Shown here: positions 1-10,111 of the stretch, one piece after another
How positions within the stretch are numbered: position 1 is the stretch's first letter
Layout of the letters: every line of letters begins with the position of its first letter
DNA from: Nitrospinales bacterium
GTDB lineage: Bacteria; Nitrospinota; Nitrospinia; Nitrospinales; VA-1
NCBI GenBank assembly: GCA_965223795.1
Contig: CBDCXL010000002.1
Coordinates: forward strand, 768,001 to 832,000
Length of the DNA stretch: 64,000 nt
Direction of reading: 5' to 3'
Notes under the pieces: generated by a model
Databases searched by the model: none
What the model was told of the DNA's origin: nothing
Seen by the model: the letters and a program-made list of their open reading frames with translations, nothing else
Made by a program: the position numbers and the translations under genes

Positions 1-1953
1 GACGCGCACGATTTCTCCAATGAAGACCTGGACGAGCTGCTCGACACCATCATCAGCGAAGAGCTGGAAACCTCACCGGCTGAACCCGAACCCGCCCCGC
101 CACCGGTACAGGATGAACCTGAAAATTTCGAGGCGCTGCTGAACGATCTCATCGCGGAGGAACCCGATAGCGGGCTCGAAGCGGATGGTCTGGAAGAAGC
201 CGGACTTGCCGCGGAGAACGCGGCTCCTGTGGACTCGGTTGAGGAAACTCCCGCGGACGCCGGTCTGGAGCCTGTGGAACCCGCTGAGGCGGAAGAGGAC
301 GCGATGTTGTCCACTCCCGAATCGGTGGAAGAGCCCGTTGACACATTCGATGATCTGTTGGACCAGCCGCTGGAAGAAACTGCGGAGGAAACGCAATCCG
401 CAGATACGGAAACTCCGGAACCGGCAGCGGAATCGGTAATGGAAGAAACAAAATCCACGGACACGGAGGACGATCCGGAAGCCGCGCTGGCCGAGGCGTT
501 CGCGGCTGAGAATCCGGAAACGGACACAGCCGTTGACGAAGAATCTGAAGCACCTGCCGCTCCCGCCGCAGAAGAACCCGAAGCCGTTCAAGAGGAACAG
601 GCCGCCGAAGACACCGCGGATGAAGCGGAAAGCCAGGAAGAAATGAGCGACGAGGACCTGTGGGCGCAGGCCTTCGCCGATCAGGAAGCGGCGGAGCAGG
701 CGGCAGGAGAAACGCAAGCAACCGCAGAGGAAGAAATGCAGGAGGTTGCGGAAACGGACGCTGCCGCTGTTGAAGAAACCGAAGCCGCCGCCGCAGACAC
801 TGCGGATGAAGCGGAAAGCCAGGAAGAAATGAGCGACGAGGACCTGTGGGCGCAGGCCTTCGCCGATCAGGAGGCGACGGAACAGGCGGCGGACGATAAA
901 GAGGAAACCGCGCAAGAAGAAGCCGCCGCCGCAGACACGACGGATGAAACGGAAAACCAGGAGGAAATGAGCGACGAGGACCTGTGGGCGCAGGCCTTCG
1001 CCGATCAGGAGGCGACGGAACAGGCGGCGGACGATAAAGAGGAAACCGCGCAAGAAGAAGCCGCCGCCCCAGATACCGGCGATGAAGCGGAAGAGACGCA
1101 GGCAAACGAAGAGCAGGACGAAGCCGATGATTTCGACGCCATCGTCGGCGCTGATGACGAGGCTGAAGGGGAAAAAGAACAGGACAGCGAATGGGACGAT
1201 GCGGAGAGCGGTTACGACCAATACGACGATGACGATGACGATGACGACATCGAGGACATCAAACCGCGCGGCAAGCGGATCGGCCCTTTCACCCTGCCTG
1301 CGACCAAAACCGGCAAAATGATCCTGACGGGCAGCGTCGCGGCGGTGCTGCTGACCGCGGGCGGCGTGTACTTCGGACTGCAGACTCTGGCGCCGCCGGA
1401 ATTGACAGAGATGGGCAAGGACAGCGCCGCCGTTCCGGAAGGCCTCACTCCCAAAACGGACGCCGCGTTCACCGATCCCGGCGATCCTGCGGCTGCGGGA
1501 TCTCCGAGCGCACCGGACACGTCTGCGGAAACGCCGGGTGCGGCACAGCCCGCCCCGCCGGCGGCCGCGGAGCCGCCCAATCCGCCCGTAGCGGACAGCG
1601 CGCCGGACGTCAATCCGGCCCTGCTCGCCGCGCTCGCCCCCACGGACAACGCGGTGCAGATCAACACCATCCTGCCGGTGGCCTACAACGTGAACGACAT
1701 CCGGGTTCTCAGCTTCGTACTGGAAATGGAGCTTTCCGACGCGCGCAGCGCCAAGGTGGTGCGGGAGGCGCTGCCGCTGTTTGAAAAGATCACCATCAAC
1801 ACGGTTGAGAAGTTACTTGAGAAAAAGTTCTTCAACGACGTGCTGTACGTGAAGGAAAAACTCAAAAAAGATCTGCGCACCAATTTCAACAAGACCATCG
1901 AAGGCGGCGGGCGGGTCAAGAAAATCGACTTCAAAAACTTCACCATTCAGTGA
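1..1953 (+). CDS. FliL-like protein with very long acidic N-terminal region (5' partial)
   Basis: Frame open from base 1 (DAHDFSNEDLDELL...). Acidic low-complexity region, one TM segment (MILTGSVAAVLLTAGGVYFGL), then a C-terminal domain ending VKKIDFKNFTIQ, typical of FliL. Confidence 0.65.
   Translation, partial: DAHDFSNEDLDELLDTIISEELETSPAEPEPAPPPVQDEPENFEALLNDLIAEEPDSGLEADGLEEAGLAAENAAPVDSVEETPADAGLEPVEPAEAEEDAMLSTPESVEEPVDTFDDLLDQPLEETAEETQSADTETPEPAAESVMEETKSTDTEDDPEAALAEAFAAENPETDTAVDEESEAPAAPAAEEPEAVQEEQAAEDTADEAESQEEMSDEDLWAQAFADQEAAEQAAGETQATAEEEMQEVAETDAAAVEETEAAAADTADEAESQEEMSDEDLWAQAFADQEATEQAADDKEETAQEEAAAADTTDETENQEEMSDEDLWAQAFADQEATEQAADDKEETAQEEAAAPDTGDEAEETQANEEQDEADDFDAIVGADDEAEGEKEQDSEWDDAESGYDQYDDDDDDDDIEDIKPRGKRIGPFTLPATKTGKMILTGSVAAVLLTAGGVYFGLQTLAPPELTEMGKDSAAVPEGLTPKTDAAFTDPGDPAAAGSPSAPDTSAETPGAAQPAPPAAAEPPNPPVADSAPDVNPALLAALAPTDNAVQINTILPVAYNVNDIRVLSFVLEMELSDARSAKVVREALPLFEKITINTVEKLLEKKFFNDVLYVKEKLKKDLRTNFNKTIEGGGRVKKIDFKNFTIQ
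610..1070 (+). repeat. Three intragenic repeats encoding EEMSDEDLWAQAFADQEA
   Basis: atgagcgacgaggacctgtgggcgcaggccttcgccgatcagga starts at 643, 829 and 967; copies 2 and 3 are near-identical with a 138-bp period. Confidence 0.95.
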
Positions 1954-2022
1954 CGCAGTAACGGCGCCCTCTCCCCTGCCCCTAGCCCTGATCCACTTCC
2001 CGCGAAACCCCGTATCCTCTCG

Positions 2023-3051
2023 TTAAATATTCTCGACAGGCTTTTTCGGCTGCGGGTGGTTTTCCAGATACTCTTTGATCGTGAACAGCAGATCGTCGAT
2101 GCCTTCGCCGGTGACGGAGGAGATGGCGCGAAACCCCGGATCGATCTCTTTGAAGCGCGGTGCGAGCGCTTCAAATTTCGCCCGCGCCTCGGGATGGTCC
2201 ACCTTGCTCGCCACCAGGATCTGCGGCTTGGCATGCAGGTTTTCGCTGAAGCGTTTGAGTTCCGTTTGCAGCTTATTGTAATTTTCCAGCGGATCGTCGG
2301 GGCTTTGCGCGGAAAAATCCAGCAGGTGGACCAACAGCCGCGAGCGTTCGATGTGCTTGAGGAAACGGATTCCCAGCCCCTTGCCGGTGTGCGCGCCTTC
2401 GATCAGGCCGGGAATGTCGGCGGCGACGAAGGAAAAGTACTCGCCCACGCGCACCAGGCCGAGCTGCGGCACGAGGGTGGTGAAGGGGTAGTCCGCGATC
2501 TTGGGACGGGCGTTGGAGATTTTCGCGATCAGGGTGGATTTGCCCGCGTTGGGAAAACCGACGATGGCCACGTCCGCGAGCAGCTTGAGTTCGAGCAGCA
2601 GGTTCTTCGTTTCGCCGGGACTGCCTTTCTGAAAGGTGCGCGGCGCCCGGTTGGTGGAGGATTTGAAGCGGGCGTTGCCGTGTCCGCCGCGGCCGCCTTT
2701 GGCGACGATGAATTCCATCCCTTCGGCGTCGAGGTCTTTCAAGATCTCGCCGCTGTCGAGGTCCTTGACCAGAGTGCCCACCGGTAATGGAATGACGCGG
2801 GTCTTGCCGCTTTTTCCGGTGCGGTCGCTGCCTCTTCCAGGCTGGCCGTTCTCGCCGCGGCAGATCTTCTGATACCTGAGATCGACGAGGGTGGTGAGCC
2901 GGGAATCGGTGGCGAGCACGATGTCCGCGCCTTTGCCGCCGTCACCGCCGTCGGGTCCGCCCAGAGGAACAAACTTTTCCCGGCGGAAGCTGGCGCAACC
3001 GTCGCCGCCGTCGCCGGCTTCCACTGTGATGGTGACCTGATCGACAAACAT
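2023..3051 (-). CDS. obgE: GTPase ObgE/CgtA
   Basis: MFVDQV...GGPDGGDGG Obg fold; GFPNAGKS, YPFTT and DIPG GTPase motifs; downstream of rpmA. Confidence 0.98.
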   Translation of the reverse strand: MFVDQVTITVEAGDGGDGCASFRREKFVPLGGPDGGDGGKGADIVLATDSRLTTLVDLRYQKICRGENGQPGRGSDRTGKSGKTRVIPLPVGTLVKDLDSGEILKDLDAEGMEFIVAKGGRGGHGNARFKSSTNRAPRTFQKGSPGETKNLLLELKLLADVAIVGFPNAGKSTLIAKISNARPKIADYPFTTLVPQLGLVRVGEYFSFVAADIPGLIEGAHTGKGLGIRFLKHIERSRLLVHLLDFSAQSPDDPLENYNKLQTELKRFSENLHAKPQILVASKVDHPEARAKFEALAPRFKEIDPGFRAISSVTGEGIDDLLFTIKEYLENHPQPKKPVENI

Positions 3052-3134
3052 GGGAATTCAATGTGGGCAGGGCAAAGGGGCGAGCGCGAATCGAGGCGGG
3101 TGGCGGTTCTCCCCGGATAAGGGGAAAACGCGGC

Positions 3135-3395
3135 TCAACCGGATGCGGGGTAGACGCTCACTTTTTTCTTTTTGCGGGTCAGGTGCTCGAACTTGACGAC
3201 GCCGGGAATTTTGGAGTAGATGGTGTAATCGCTTCCCAGCCCGACGTTGTGCCCCGGATGGATGGAAGTGCCGCGCTGCCGCACGAGGATGTCGCCGGAT
3301 TTGACCGTCTGTCCACCGAAGCGCTTGACGCCGAGGCGTTTGCCGATGCTGTCCCTGCCGTTGGAGGTGCTGCCCTGTCCTTTTTTATGTGCCAT
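3135..3395 (-). CDS. rpmA: 50S ribosomal protein L27
   Basis: [24 protein letters not shown](V)RQRGT signature. Confidence 0.98.
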   Translation of the reverse strand: MAHKKGQGSTSNGRDSIGKRLGVKRFGGQTVKSGDILVRQRGTSIHPGHNVGLGSDYTIYSKIPGVVKFEHLTRKKKKVSVYPASG

Positions 3396-3397
3396 TT

Positions 3398-3712
3398 TTA
3401 TGCCTTCGTGATGTCCGTGACTTTCAAACGCGTGTACAGCTGCCGGTGGCCGTTCTTGCGGCGGTAGTTTTTCCGGCGCTTTTTCTTGAACACGATGATC
3501 TTTTTGCCTTTCAACTGTTCCGCCACTTCGCAGGTGACGGTGCATCCGTCGAGATACGGTGCGCCGGCCTGACAGTCCTCGCCCTCGCCGACCAGGAGAA
3601 CCTTGTCCAGGACCACGGTGGCGCCCAGATCCTGGTCGATCTTCTCGACCTGGATCACATCTCCTTTTGAAACCTTGTACTGCTTACCGCCTGATGCGAC
3701 GACCGCGAACAT
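3398..3712 (-). CDS. rplU: 50S ribosomal protein L21
   Basis: [14 protein letters not shown]...[15 protein letters not shown] signature. Confidence 0.98.
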   Translation of the reverse strand: MFAVVASGGKQYKVSKGDVIQVEKIDQDLGATVVLDKVLLVGEGEDCQAGAPYLDGCTVTCEVAEQLKGKKIIVFKKKRRKNYRRKNGHRQLYTRLKVTDITKA

Positions 3713-3806
3713 AGCTGGGCTCTCCTGCAACGGACTGCTTGAAATTCAGTGGTTTGAATTATGGAACCTTGCGGGTTGGAACGACCTGCACGGGATGCAA
3801 ACGGCT

Positions 3807-3835
3807 ATGGTAAAAAATTTATCCGCCGCTGTCAA
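3807..3835 (-). promoter_or_regulatory. sigma70 promoter of rplU-rpmA-obgE
   Basis: Minus strand TTGACA-17 nt-TACCAT about 95 nt upstream of the rplU ATG. Confidence 0.75.
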
Positions 3836-4005
3836 GAAATTCAAAGTTCCCATTGCGATGCGGGTTTTCGGGGTTCCGCGACGGAGTGAAAATCGCCTGC
3901 GGACTGCGCTTCCTTTGCAGGATACTGCATAGAATCTTGATTTTATTGTACAAAGTAGTATATAAGTGATTTCTTCTGACAATTCGGGCAAATCGGTATT
4001 TCCTC

Positions 4006-4572
4006 ATGTCCTTGAAAGACAAGGAAAAATGGAACAGCAAATATCAGGAAGCCGAATCCTCCGGCGGCCGGGAACCCTCGGCATGGCTGAAGGACCATTC
4101 GGAACTGCTTTCCGGCACGGGCCGGGCGCTGGACCTCGCCTGCGGCGAGGGCCGCAACGCGGTGTATCTGGCTGAGATGGGCTACAACGTGCTGGCTCTG
4201 GACATCGCGGAAGCGGGGCTCAAAAAAGCCGAAACACTGGCGCAGGAAAAAAACGTCCGCATCGAGACACTGGCCGCGGACCTGGACGACTTCGGCTGGG
4301 ACATCGGGACCTTCGACGTTGTGGTCTGCTTCTACTTCCTCGATCGAAAGCTGTTTTCCCGGATCCGCGATGCGGTGAAACCGGGCGGCCTGGTTTTTTA
4401 CGAAACGTTCACGCTGGATTACCTGAAATACAGCAATTTTAAGGAAGAATGGGTGCTGTCTCACAATGAACTGCTAACAGCGTTTAACAATTTCAGAATT
4501 CTGCGGTACCGTGATGTGGATGGCGATGAAACCGCCTTTGCATCGATCGTGGCCCGCAAGGAAATGAGCTGA
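4006..4572 (+). CDS. Class I SAM-dependent methyltransferase (TehB-like)
   Basis: KWNSKY, ALDLACGEGRNAVYLA motif I, KPGGLV. Confidence 0.85.
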   Translation: MSLKDKEKWNSKYQEAESSGGREPSAWLKDHSELLSGTGRALDLACGEGRNAVYLAEMGYNVLALDIAEAGLKKAETLAQEKNVRIETLAADLDDFGWDIGTFDVVVCFYFLDRKLFSRIRDAVKPGGLVFYETFTLDYLKYSNFKEEWVLSHNELLTAFNNFRILRYRDVDGDETAFASIVARKEMS

Positions 4573-4575
4573 CTT

Positions 4576-5388
4576 GTGACCGTCTGCAAACACAGTCGAT
4601 TGAGAACTCCGGCTTTATTTCTGCTGGCTTTTGCCCTGCTCTCTTTTCACGGCTGCGGCTCGGCGCCGAAGGAAAAGAAGCTGGAGAAAGACGGCCTGAC
4701 CCTGATCTACCGTTCGAAAATGAACGCGGGCTCGGAAATCGGCAAAAAGAAGCTCTCGCATCCGGTGCGCATATCGGAAGCGGAATTCACCAATCACCTG
4801 CTCTCTCTGCGCTACGAAGAACTGTCCTTGCTGGGGAACAAGAAATACGTGTTTCCCCTGGAAGGGATGGCGGAAATGGCCCGCCTCATGACCAAGGCGG
4901 TGAACCGGCTGACCCCGGACAACATTCTGGCGTTCGAGCAGGACACGCCTCAGGGCACCACGACCGGGGAAATCTTCTCCGTTGGCGACCGGCTGCATTT
5001 CAAGTTTGAGAAGATCAAGGGCAGCGAATTCGCCAGCTCTTCCTTTTCCGGCTGGGGCGGCTCCACCTGGCGCATGGCCCCGGTGAAGGGACAGGGCTAC
5101 TACACGGTGAAAAAAATCATCGGCAGCAACACATATGAGAACTGGATCGTCGCGGACCAGACGCTGCCGCAGAAAGCCCGCAGGCTGCTCAGAAAACGCA
5201 GCCGGCCGAAGACGCCGCCGGCGGCGATGGATTCCATCCCCGGGCCGCCGCCCGCCTCCGACCGCAACGGCAAAAACCAGGATCTGGAAAAGAAATTGCA
5301 GTTTCTCAAGGAACTCAAGGAAAAGCAGCTGATCGACGAGCGCGAATTCGAACGCAAGCGCAAGGAACTGCTCGACACCTACCTCTGA
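4576..5388 (+). CDS. Lipoprotein with C-terminal SHOCT-like domain
   Basis: Lipobox-like FHGC; C-terminal KLQFLKELKEKQLIDEREFERKRKELL. Confidence 0.7.
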   Translation: MTVCKHSRLRTPALFLLAFALLSFHGCGSAPKEKKLEKDGLTLIYRSKMNAGSEIGKKKLSHPVRISEAEFTNHLLSLRYEELSLLGNKKYVFPLEGMAEMARLMTKAVNRLTPDNILAFEQDTPQGTTTGEIFSVGDRLHFKFEKIKGSEFASSSFSGWGGSTWRMAPVKGQGYYTVKKIIGSNTYENWIVADQTLPQKARRLLRKRSRPKTPPAAMDSIPGPPPASDRNGKNQDLEKKLQFLKELKEKQLIDEREFERKRKELLDTYL

Positions 5389-5471
5389 TTCCACCTCAGG
5401 CGATACTTTAAGCAGCACAGGCCGGGCTTTTATTTCACTTCAACTTACAGGGGCCGGCTTTACGGCGCCGT

Positions 5472-5951
5472 TCAGCCCTTTTTGCTTTTCCCGACTTCCT
5501 TTGACAGGATCTCGTCGATCTTGTCCATCAGGTCGTTGCGCTCCTGATTGGTGGTGTCGATCTGGCGTTTGAACTGGACGATGTCGGCATCGGGGAGGTC
5601 GGTGCGGCGCACTTCATCCTCAAGATGCCAGCAGCGGATGTTGCGCAGGGCCAGCTCGCTGATGGCGAGGCCCAGTTTTTTAATGTGGTCGGACGGTTTG
5701 ACGTTTCGGTTGTCGTAGAGCTTGACCTTCTCGTCCCTGAGCGTGACCTCACCCGCCAGCGCGGCGGCGAAGTAGCCGTTGATCTCGTCCGCCAGGTCTT
5801 TGCTCTGTTTTTCGACCAGCTCGCGTTTGGCTTTGAGGGCGGCCTTCTCCGGGTCGGTGTCCGCTTTGGCCTCGATGGCTTCGTCCAGATGCCAGAGCCT
5901 CAGATTTTTGATCGACAGCTTGTCCACCAGACTCCCCAGCGTCTCTGCCAT
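5472..5951 (-). CDS. DUF4254-like protein (apparently permuted)
   Basis: Contains WHLEDEVR..KRQIDTTNQERNDL and ETLGSLVDKLSI motifs of DUF4254. Confidence 0.65.
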   Translation of the reverse strand: MAETLGSLVDKLSIKNLRLWHLDEAIEAKADTDPEKAALKAKRELVEKQSKDLADEINGYFAAALAGEVTLRDEKVKLYDNRNVKPSDHIKKLGLAISELALRNIRCWHLEDEVRRTDLPDADIVQFKRQIDTTNQERNDLMDKIDEILSKEVGKSKKG

Positions 5952-5993
5952 AGGGCTCCTTTCCTGTGAGTGTGCGTGATGAAATGAGGGCCC

Positions 5994-6626
5994 TCAGCGG
6001 ACCCTTATACAGTAGATGCCGTCGCGCACCGTCAGCATGACCGGCTCGACGCGTTCGTCCTGGATGATCCGCTCGTTGAAATCGCGGATGGCCCGGTCGG
6101 TGGCGTCCTTGGGATCGAGCACCCGGCCGCTCCACAGCACGTTGTCCACCACGATCAGCCCACCCTGGCGCATCATGGGCAGGATGGCGTCGAAATAGTT
6201 CGCATAATTTTCCTTGTCCGCGTCGATGAAGGCCATGTCGAAGGGGCCGGAGACGGATTTGAGCGTTTCGAGCGCCAGGCCGCCCTTGAGGATGATTTTT
6301 TTGCCGTGCTCGCTCTCGGCGAAAAAACGCCTGGCGAACTCGATGGCCACCGGGTCGTTGTCGCAGGTGATGAGGGTGCCGTTGTCGGGCAGCGCCTCGG
6401 CCATGGACAGGGCACTGTAACCGGAGAAGGTGCCGATTTCAAGGACCCGCCGGGCCTGAACGAGCTGCACCAGGAGCTTGAGGAAACGCCCTTCGATGCG
6501 GCCGGTGATCATCTGCGGGATCTCCAGCTTGTCGTAAGTTTCCTCCTCCAGCCGTTTCAGCAGCGCGCCCTCGTTCTGGGTGTGGCGGTGGCAGTAGGCT
6601 TCGATTTCTTCCGCTATAAAATCCAT
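5994..6626 (-). CDS. O-methyltransferase (caffeoyl-CoA OMT / Methyltransf_3 family)
   Basis: VLEIGTFSGYS, FDMAFIDADKENY, VVDNVLWSG motifs; start taken at MDFIAEE. Confidence 0.9.
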   Translation of the reverse strand: MDFIAEEIEAYCHRHTQNEGALLKRLEEETYDKLEIPQMITGRIEGRFLKLLVQLVQARRVLEIGTFSGYSALSMAEALPDNGTLITCDNDPVAIEFARRFFAESEHGKKIILKGGLALETLKSVSGPFDMAFIDADKENYANYFDAILPMMRQGGLIVVDNVLWSGRVLDPKDATDRAIRDFNERIIQDERVEPVMLTVRDGIYCIRVR

Positions 6627-6643
6627 GCTTTGCTCCTTCTTGT

Positions 6644-7279
6644 TCAGTAGGTCACGATCACCGGGTCCAGCCGCCGCCAGGCGTACCAGGTGGCCACCGT
6701 TTCGAGCGGGTGCCACTTTCTCCCCAATGCGTGCATCTTCTTCACGGACGGCAGGCGTCTGAGCCCGTACATCTTCTGGATGCCCTTTTGCAAGCCGAGA
6801 TCGGTGACGGGCAGCACGTCCATGCGGTTGAGTGAAAATATGAGAAACATCTCGGCGGTCCAGCGGCCGACGCCGTGCACCTGGGTCAACTGGCCGATCA
6901 CCTCTTCGTTGGAGAGTTGCGCCAGCCGGCGCGGGCGGATGGTGCCGTCGAGAAAGCGCTCGCTCAGGCTGACCAGGTATTTCGCCTTCTGCCTGGAGAG
7001 ACCGGCTTTCGGCAGGGCGCCGTCGGGCAGGCCGCGCAGCCGCTGCGGATTGGGGACCTTGCCGTCGAACAGGGCGTGAAAGCGCGCGGTGATGGTGCGG
7101 GCGGCCTTGGTGGAGATCTGCTGGGCGATGATGGCCTTGCACAGAAAACGGAAATAATTGCGCGACGGACGCAGGGGACAGGGCCCGATCTCGCGGATCA
7201 CGGCGGCGACCACCGGGTCGTTGCGATCGAAATGCGCGAGGATGGCTTGCTGGCTGGGCAGGGATGCGGGTTTCACCAT
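6644..7279 (-). CDS. alkA: DNA-3-methyladenine glycosylase II (AlkA family, HhH-GPD)
   Basis: IIAQQIS, GLSRQKA, GVGRWTAEMFLIFSL, LPVTDLG motifs. Confidence 0.88.
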   Translation of the reverse strand: MVKPASLPSQQAILAHFDRNDPVVAAVIREIGPCPLRPSRNYFRFLCKAIIAQQISTKAARTITARFHALFDGKVPNPQRLRGLPDGALPKAGLSRQKAKYLVSLSERFLDGTIRPRRLAQLSNEEVIGQLTQVHGVGRWTAEMFLIFSLNRMDVLPVTDLGLQKGIQKMYGLRRLPSVKKMHALGRKWHPLETVATWYAWRRLDPVIVTY

Positions 7280-7298
7280 CGGTCGTGTGCGCGTTGAG

Positions 7299-8105
7299 TC
7301 ACCATCCCACTTGCAGCGCCTTGAGGCGTTTGAGGTTCGGCGAGTTGCGGATGCGATCGAGCGCGGGCTGGCTTAAGGAATTGCCGTTGAGGTCCAGGGT
7401 GAACAGGCTGGAAAGCGCCTCGCATCCGGCGAGAACCGGGGCGGCCGCATCGTCGAGGCCGTTGTCGGCGAGAGACAACAGCGTGGTGCGGGAAAAAAAA
7501 TCACCGGCGCACAGGGCCTCAAGCCCTTTGAGCCCCAGATGCGTGCGGCCGAGATAGATTTCCTTCAGGTTTTTGAGCGTCGTGGATTCGGCCAGAGCCT
7601 GGCCGCCCTGCGGCCCGAGCGGGTTGCCCTTGAGGTACAGCAGCTCGAGCCCCTTGAGGGTTTCGGAACCGGCCAGCGCGCTGATGCCCGCCGGGCCGAT
7701 GCGGTTTCCCTGCAGGTAGAGCCGCCGGATCTGCGTGAGGTGCGGCGAGGCGGCCAGGGTCTCCAGTCCCGCGTCGGTCAGTTTGTTGTAGCCCAAAGAC
7801 AGGGATTTGAGCTTGCCAAGCTGCGCCGCTTCGGCGAGAACGCCCGCACCGGCGTTTCCCAGGTTGTTCTTGTCGAGCTTCAGTTCCTTGACCTTGCGGA
7901 TGCGGTCGTAGCCCATCAGGTCTTCCAGCTCTTCCAGAATGAGGTCCTTGTCGTTGAGATCGAGCCGGAACTTGGGCTCCTCGCTGTTTTCCGCGTCGGC
8001 GTGGATGTCGGCTTCCTTGAGGACCATTGCGGTGTCGTCGCCCGGTTCATCGGCGAGCAGGGTCATGTTGTTGTCGACGAGGGACTGGAACAGCGGGCTC
8101 AGCAT
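7299..8105 (-). CDS. Leucine-rich repeat protein (RI/GALA-like)
   Basis: 28-aa repeats LxxLxLxxNxLG/TxxG; overlaps aroK stop by 1 nt. Confidence 0.9.
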   Translation of the reverse strand: MLSPLFQSLVDNNMTLLADEPGDDTAMVLKEADIHADAENSEEPKFRLDLNDKDLILEELEDLMGYDRIRKVKELKLDKNNLGNAGAGVLAEAAQLGKLKSLSLGYNKLTDAGLETLAASPHLTQIRRLYLQGNRIGPAGISALAGSETLKGLELLYLKGNPLGPQGGQALAESTTLKNLKEIYLGRTHLGLKGLEALCAGDFFSRTTLLSLADNGLDDAAAPVLAGCEALSSLFTLDLNGNSLSQPALDRIRNSPNLKRLKALQVGW

Positions 8106-8626
8106 CAGATCCAGCCTTCTTTTTTGAAGCGTTGCATGATTTCTCCGGCGGTTTCCGGCGGCCGTTTCAATGTGGTGTCGCAGGTCAGGTCGGCCGCGCC
8201 GCGGTACAGCGGTCCGCGTTCGGCAAGAATCTGCTTCTGCTCTTCCTCGAATGTCAGCCCATCTTTGAGCGGCGGGCGGTTGGGATCGTTTTTGATGCGC
8301 TTTAAAATGGTTTGCAGATCCGCCGTCAGCAAAACCGTGCGGCCCTCCTTCTTCAAGCGGCGGATGTTTTCCGCGTTCAGCACCACGCCGCCGCCGCAGT
8401 CGATCACGCTGTCGCGGGCGGTTTCGGCGACCCGCTCCACCACGGACGCTTCCAGCTCCCGGAACGCCGGCCAGCCTTTTTCGGCAACCAGACGGGGAAT
8501 CGACATTCCGGCTTCTTCCACGATCCTTTGGTCGGTTTTCACGAGCCGTCTTTTCAACTTGAAGGCAAGGATCCGGGATACGGTGGATTTTCCCGTTCCC
8601 CGGTAGCCAATCAAAACGATATTCAT
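8105..8626 (-). CDS. aroK: Shikimate kinase
   Basis: GYRGTGKST P-loop, GWPAFRELE, CGGGVV, RPPL, LYR motifs. Confidence 0.93.
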   Translation of the reverse strand: MNIVLIGYRGTGKSTVSRILAFKLKRRLVKTDQRIVEEAGMSIPRLVAEKGWPAFRELEASVVERVAETARDSVIDCGGGVVLNAENIRRLKKEGRTVLLTADLQTILKRIKNDPNRPPLKDGLTFEEEQKQILAERGPLYRGAADLTCDTTLKRPPETAGEIMQRFKKEGWI

Positions 8627-8903
8627 AAATATTCGGTTATCGATGCGTTGCTATCCTAGCACAGGAGGGAATCCGGGCGCGGGCGGCCGCCTGGGCGGCA
8701 AGCGCTTGATTTCCCTCTTCCGAAGCCGTTCCGGAATGCAGGGTAGAATACATTGCCAGGGGATGCAAATGAAAGCCCGGCGCTAAAAAAATCCGGCAAG
8801 TCTTTAAATTAAATGGTACTCCCGCACGTTGTGGTATAATCGGTAACACTCCGAAAAGAAGGTCCCTTCTTTTCCTTCAATCCTTTGTGGAAAGGGCAGA
8901 ACC

Positions 8904-9374
8904 GTGACTATGAAATCGATGGTTGTGGCAATGGCGGCGGCATTTTTTCTGATGTTTCCTGTAAATGGTGTGTGGGCCGAGGACGATCCGAGAGTGGCGA
9001 AATTGAAAAGCCTGTGCGAAGAGGGCAACGGCAATGCCTGCTACGAAATGGGAGAACGGTACCGCACTGTGGAACTCGACAACAAGACCGCCAAGGAATA
9101 TCATCTGAAAGCCTGCGACGGCGGGCACATCACAGGCTGCACGCACGCGGGAATTCTGATTCAGATGACCGGCCAGCAATACAGCAAGCAATGGAAGCAG
9201 GCCGCCAAACTCTTCCAGAAGGGCTGCGATGTGAAATCGGACAAAGCCTGCTTCAACCTGGGACGGCTCAAATACAAGGAAGGACGACAGAAGGCCGCCA
9301 TCAAATACTGGACGCTTTCATGCGATTACGGCAATCAGATCGCCTGCGATAATGTGCAGAAACTGAAAAAATAA
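8904..9374 (+). CDS. Secreted Sel1/Hcp-like cysteine-rich repeat protein
   Basis: Signal peptide; repeated KACD-G---GC pairs at about 36-40 aa spacing. Confidence 0.85.
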   Translation: MTMKSMVVAMAAAFFLMFPVNGVWAEDDPRVAKLKSLCEEGNGNACYEMGERYRTVELDNKTAKEYHLKACDGGHITGCTHAGILIQMTGQQYSKQWKQAAKLFQKGCDVKSDKACFNLGRLKYKEGRQKAAIKYWTLSCDYGNQIACDNVQKLKK

Positions 9375-9377
9375 TCC

Positions 9378-10037
9378 ATGGTGCAAAAACCCAAGAACTG
9401 GGAGGAGCTGGTCAACGACGGGGAAAATTACGGCGGTGTGGACAGAGAGCTTTCCCCGGAAGAAAAAGTGGTTTTCGAAAGCATCAAGGATAAAAAGCTC
9501 CTCAAGATCCAGGACAGCTACGCATTTTCGAAAACCGGCAAGGTCACCGCGGAACACGGCAAGCAACTGGCCGAACTGATCGCCGGTTTCGAACCTTTGA
9601 GCACCATCACCACCCTCATCCTGACCCACAACCACCTCGGTCCGGAAGGCGTGGCCATCCTATGCGGTTCCAAAATCCTGCCCAAAGTGGAGTACCTGCA
9701 CCTGGGCTCCAACCACCTGGGCGATGAAGGCCTGAAAATCATCGCGCAGTCGGACCTGTTCACCGAGGTGCGGACCCTGAATCTCGAGTGCAACGGCATT
9801 CAGGCGGAAGGGGCGAAAGCCCTGGCGGCCTCGAAAGTGTTCACGAAGGTCACCTCACTCAATCTGGTGGACAACCGCATCGGCGAGGAAGGGGCGTTCG
9901 CTCTGGCCGAGTCCGACACGCTCGCCAACCTGACCTACCTGCATCTGGGCGGCAACCGCATCAAATCCGAGGAAGCCAAACAGGCGTTGCGGGAATCGAA
10001 AAAACTCACCCGCCTGGAAACACTGAAAATTTTCTGA
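9378..10037 (+). CDS. Leucine-rich repeat protein
   Basis: Repeats LxLxxNxLGxEG at 28-aa spacing. Confidence 0.9.
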   Translation: MVQKPKNWEELVNDGENYGGVDRELSPEEKVVFESIKDKKLLKIQDSYAFSKTGKVTAEHGKQLAELIAGFEPLSTITTLILTHNHLGPEGVAILCGSKILPKVEYLHLGSNHLGDEGLKIIAQSDLFTEVRTLNLECNGIQAEGAKALAASKVFTKVTSLNLVDNRIGEEGAFALAESDTLANLTYLHLGGNRIKSEEAKQALRESKKLTRLETLKIF

Positions 10038-10111
10038 ATCGAACGCGGCGCTAAACGGCGCGGCAGGATCAGGCAGGGCTCATCGGGAAGCGCCCAGGGG
10101 CCCCGGTGCGC

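Noticed and set aside
610..1070. Spaced identical repeats as a CRISPR-like array
   Set aside because: Spacing is a multiple of three within an open frame, and the intervening sequences are themselves homologous.
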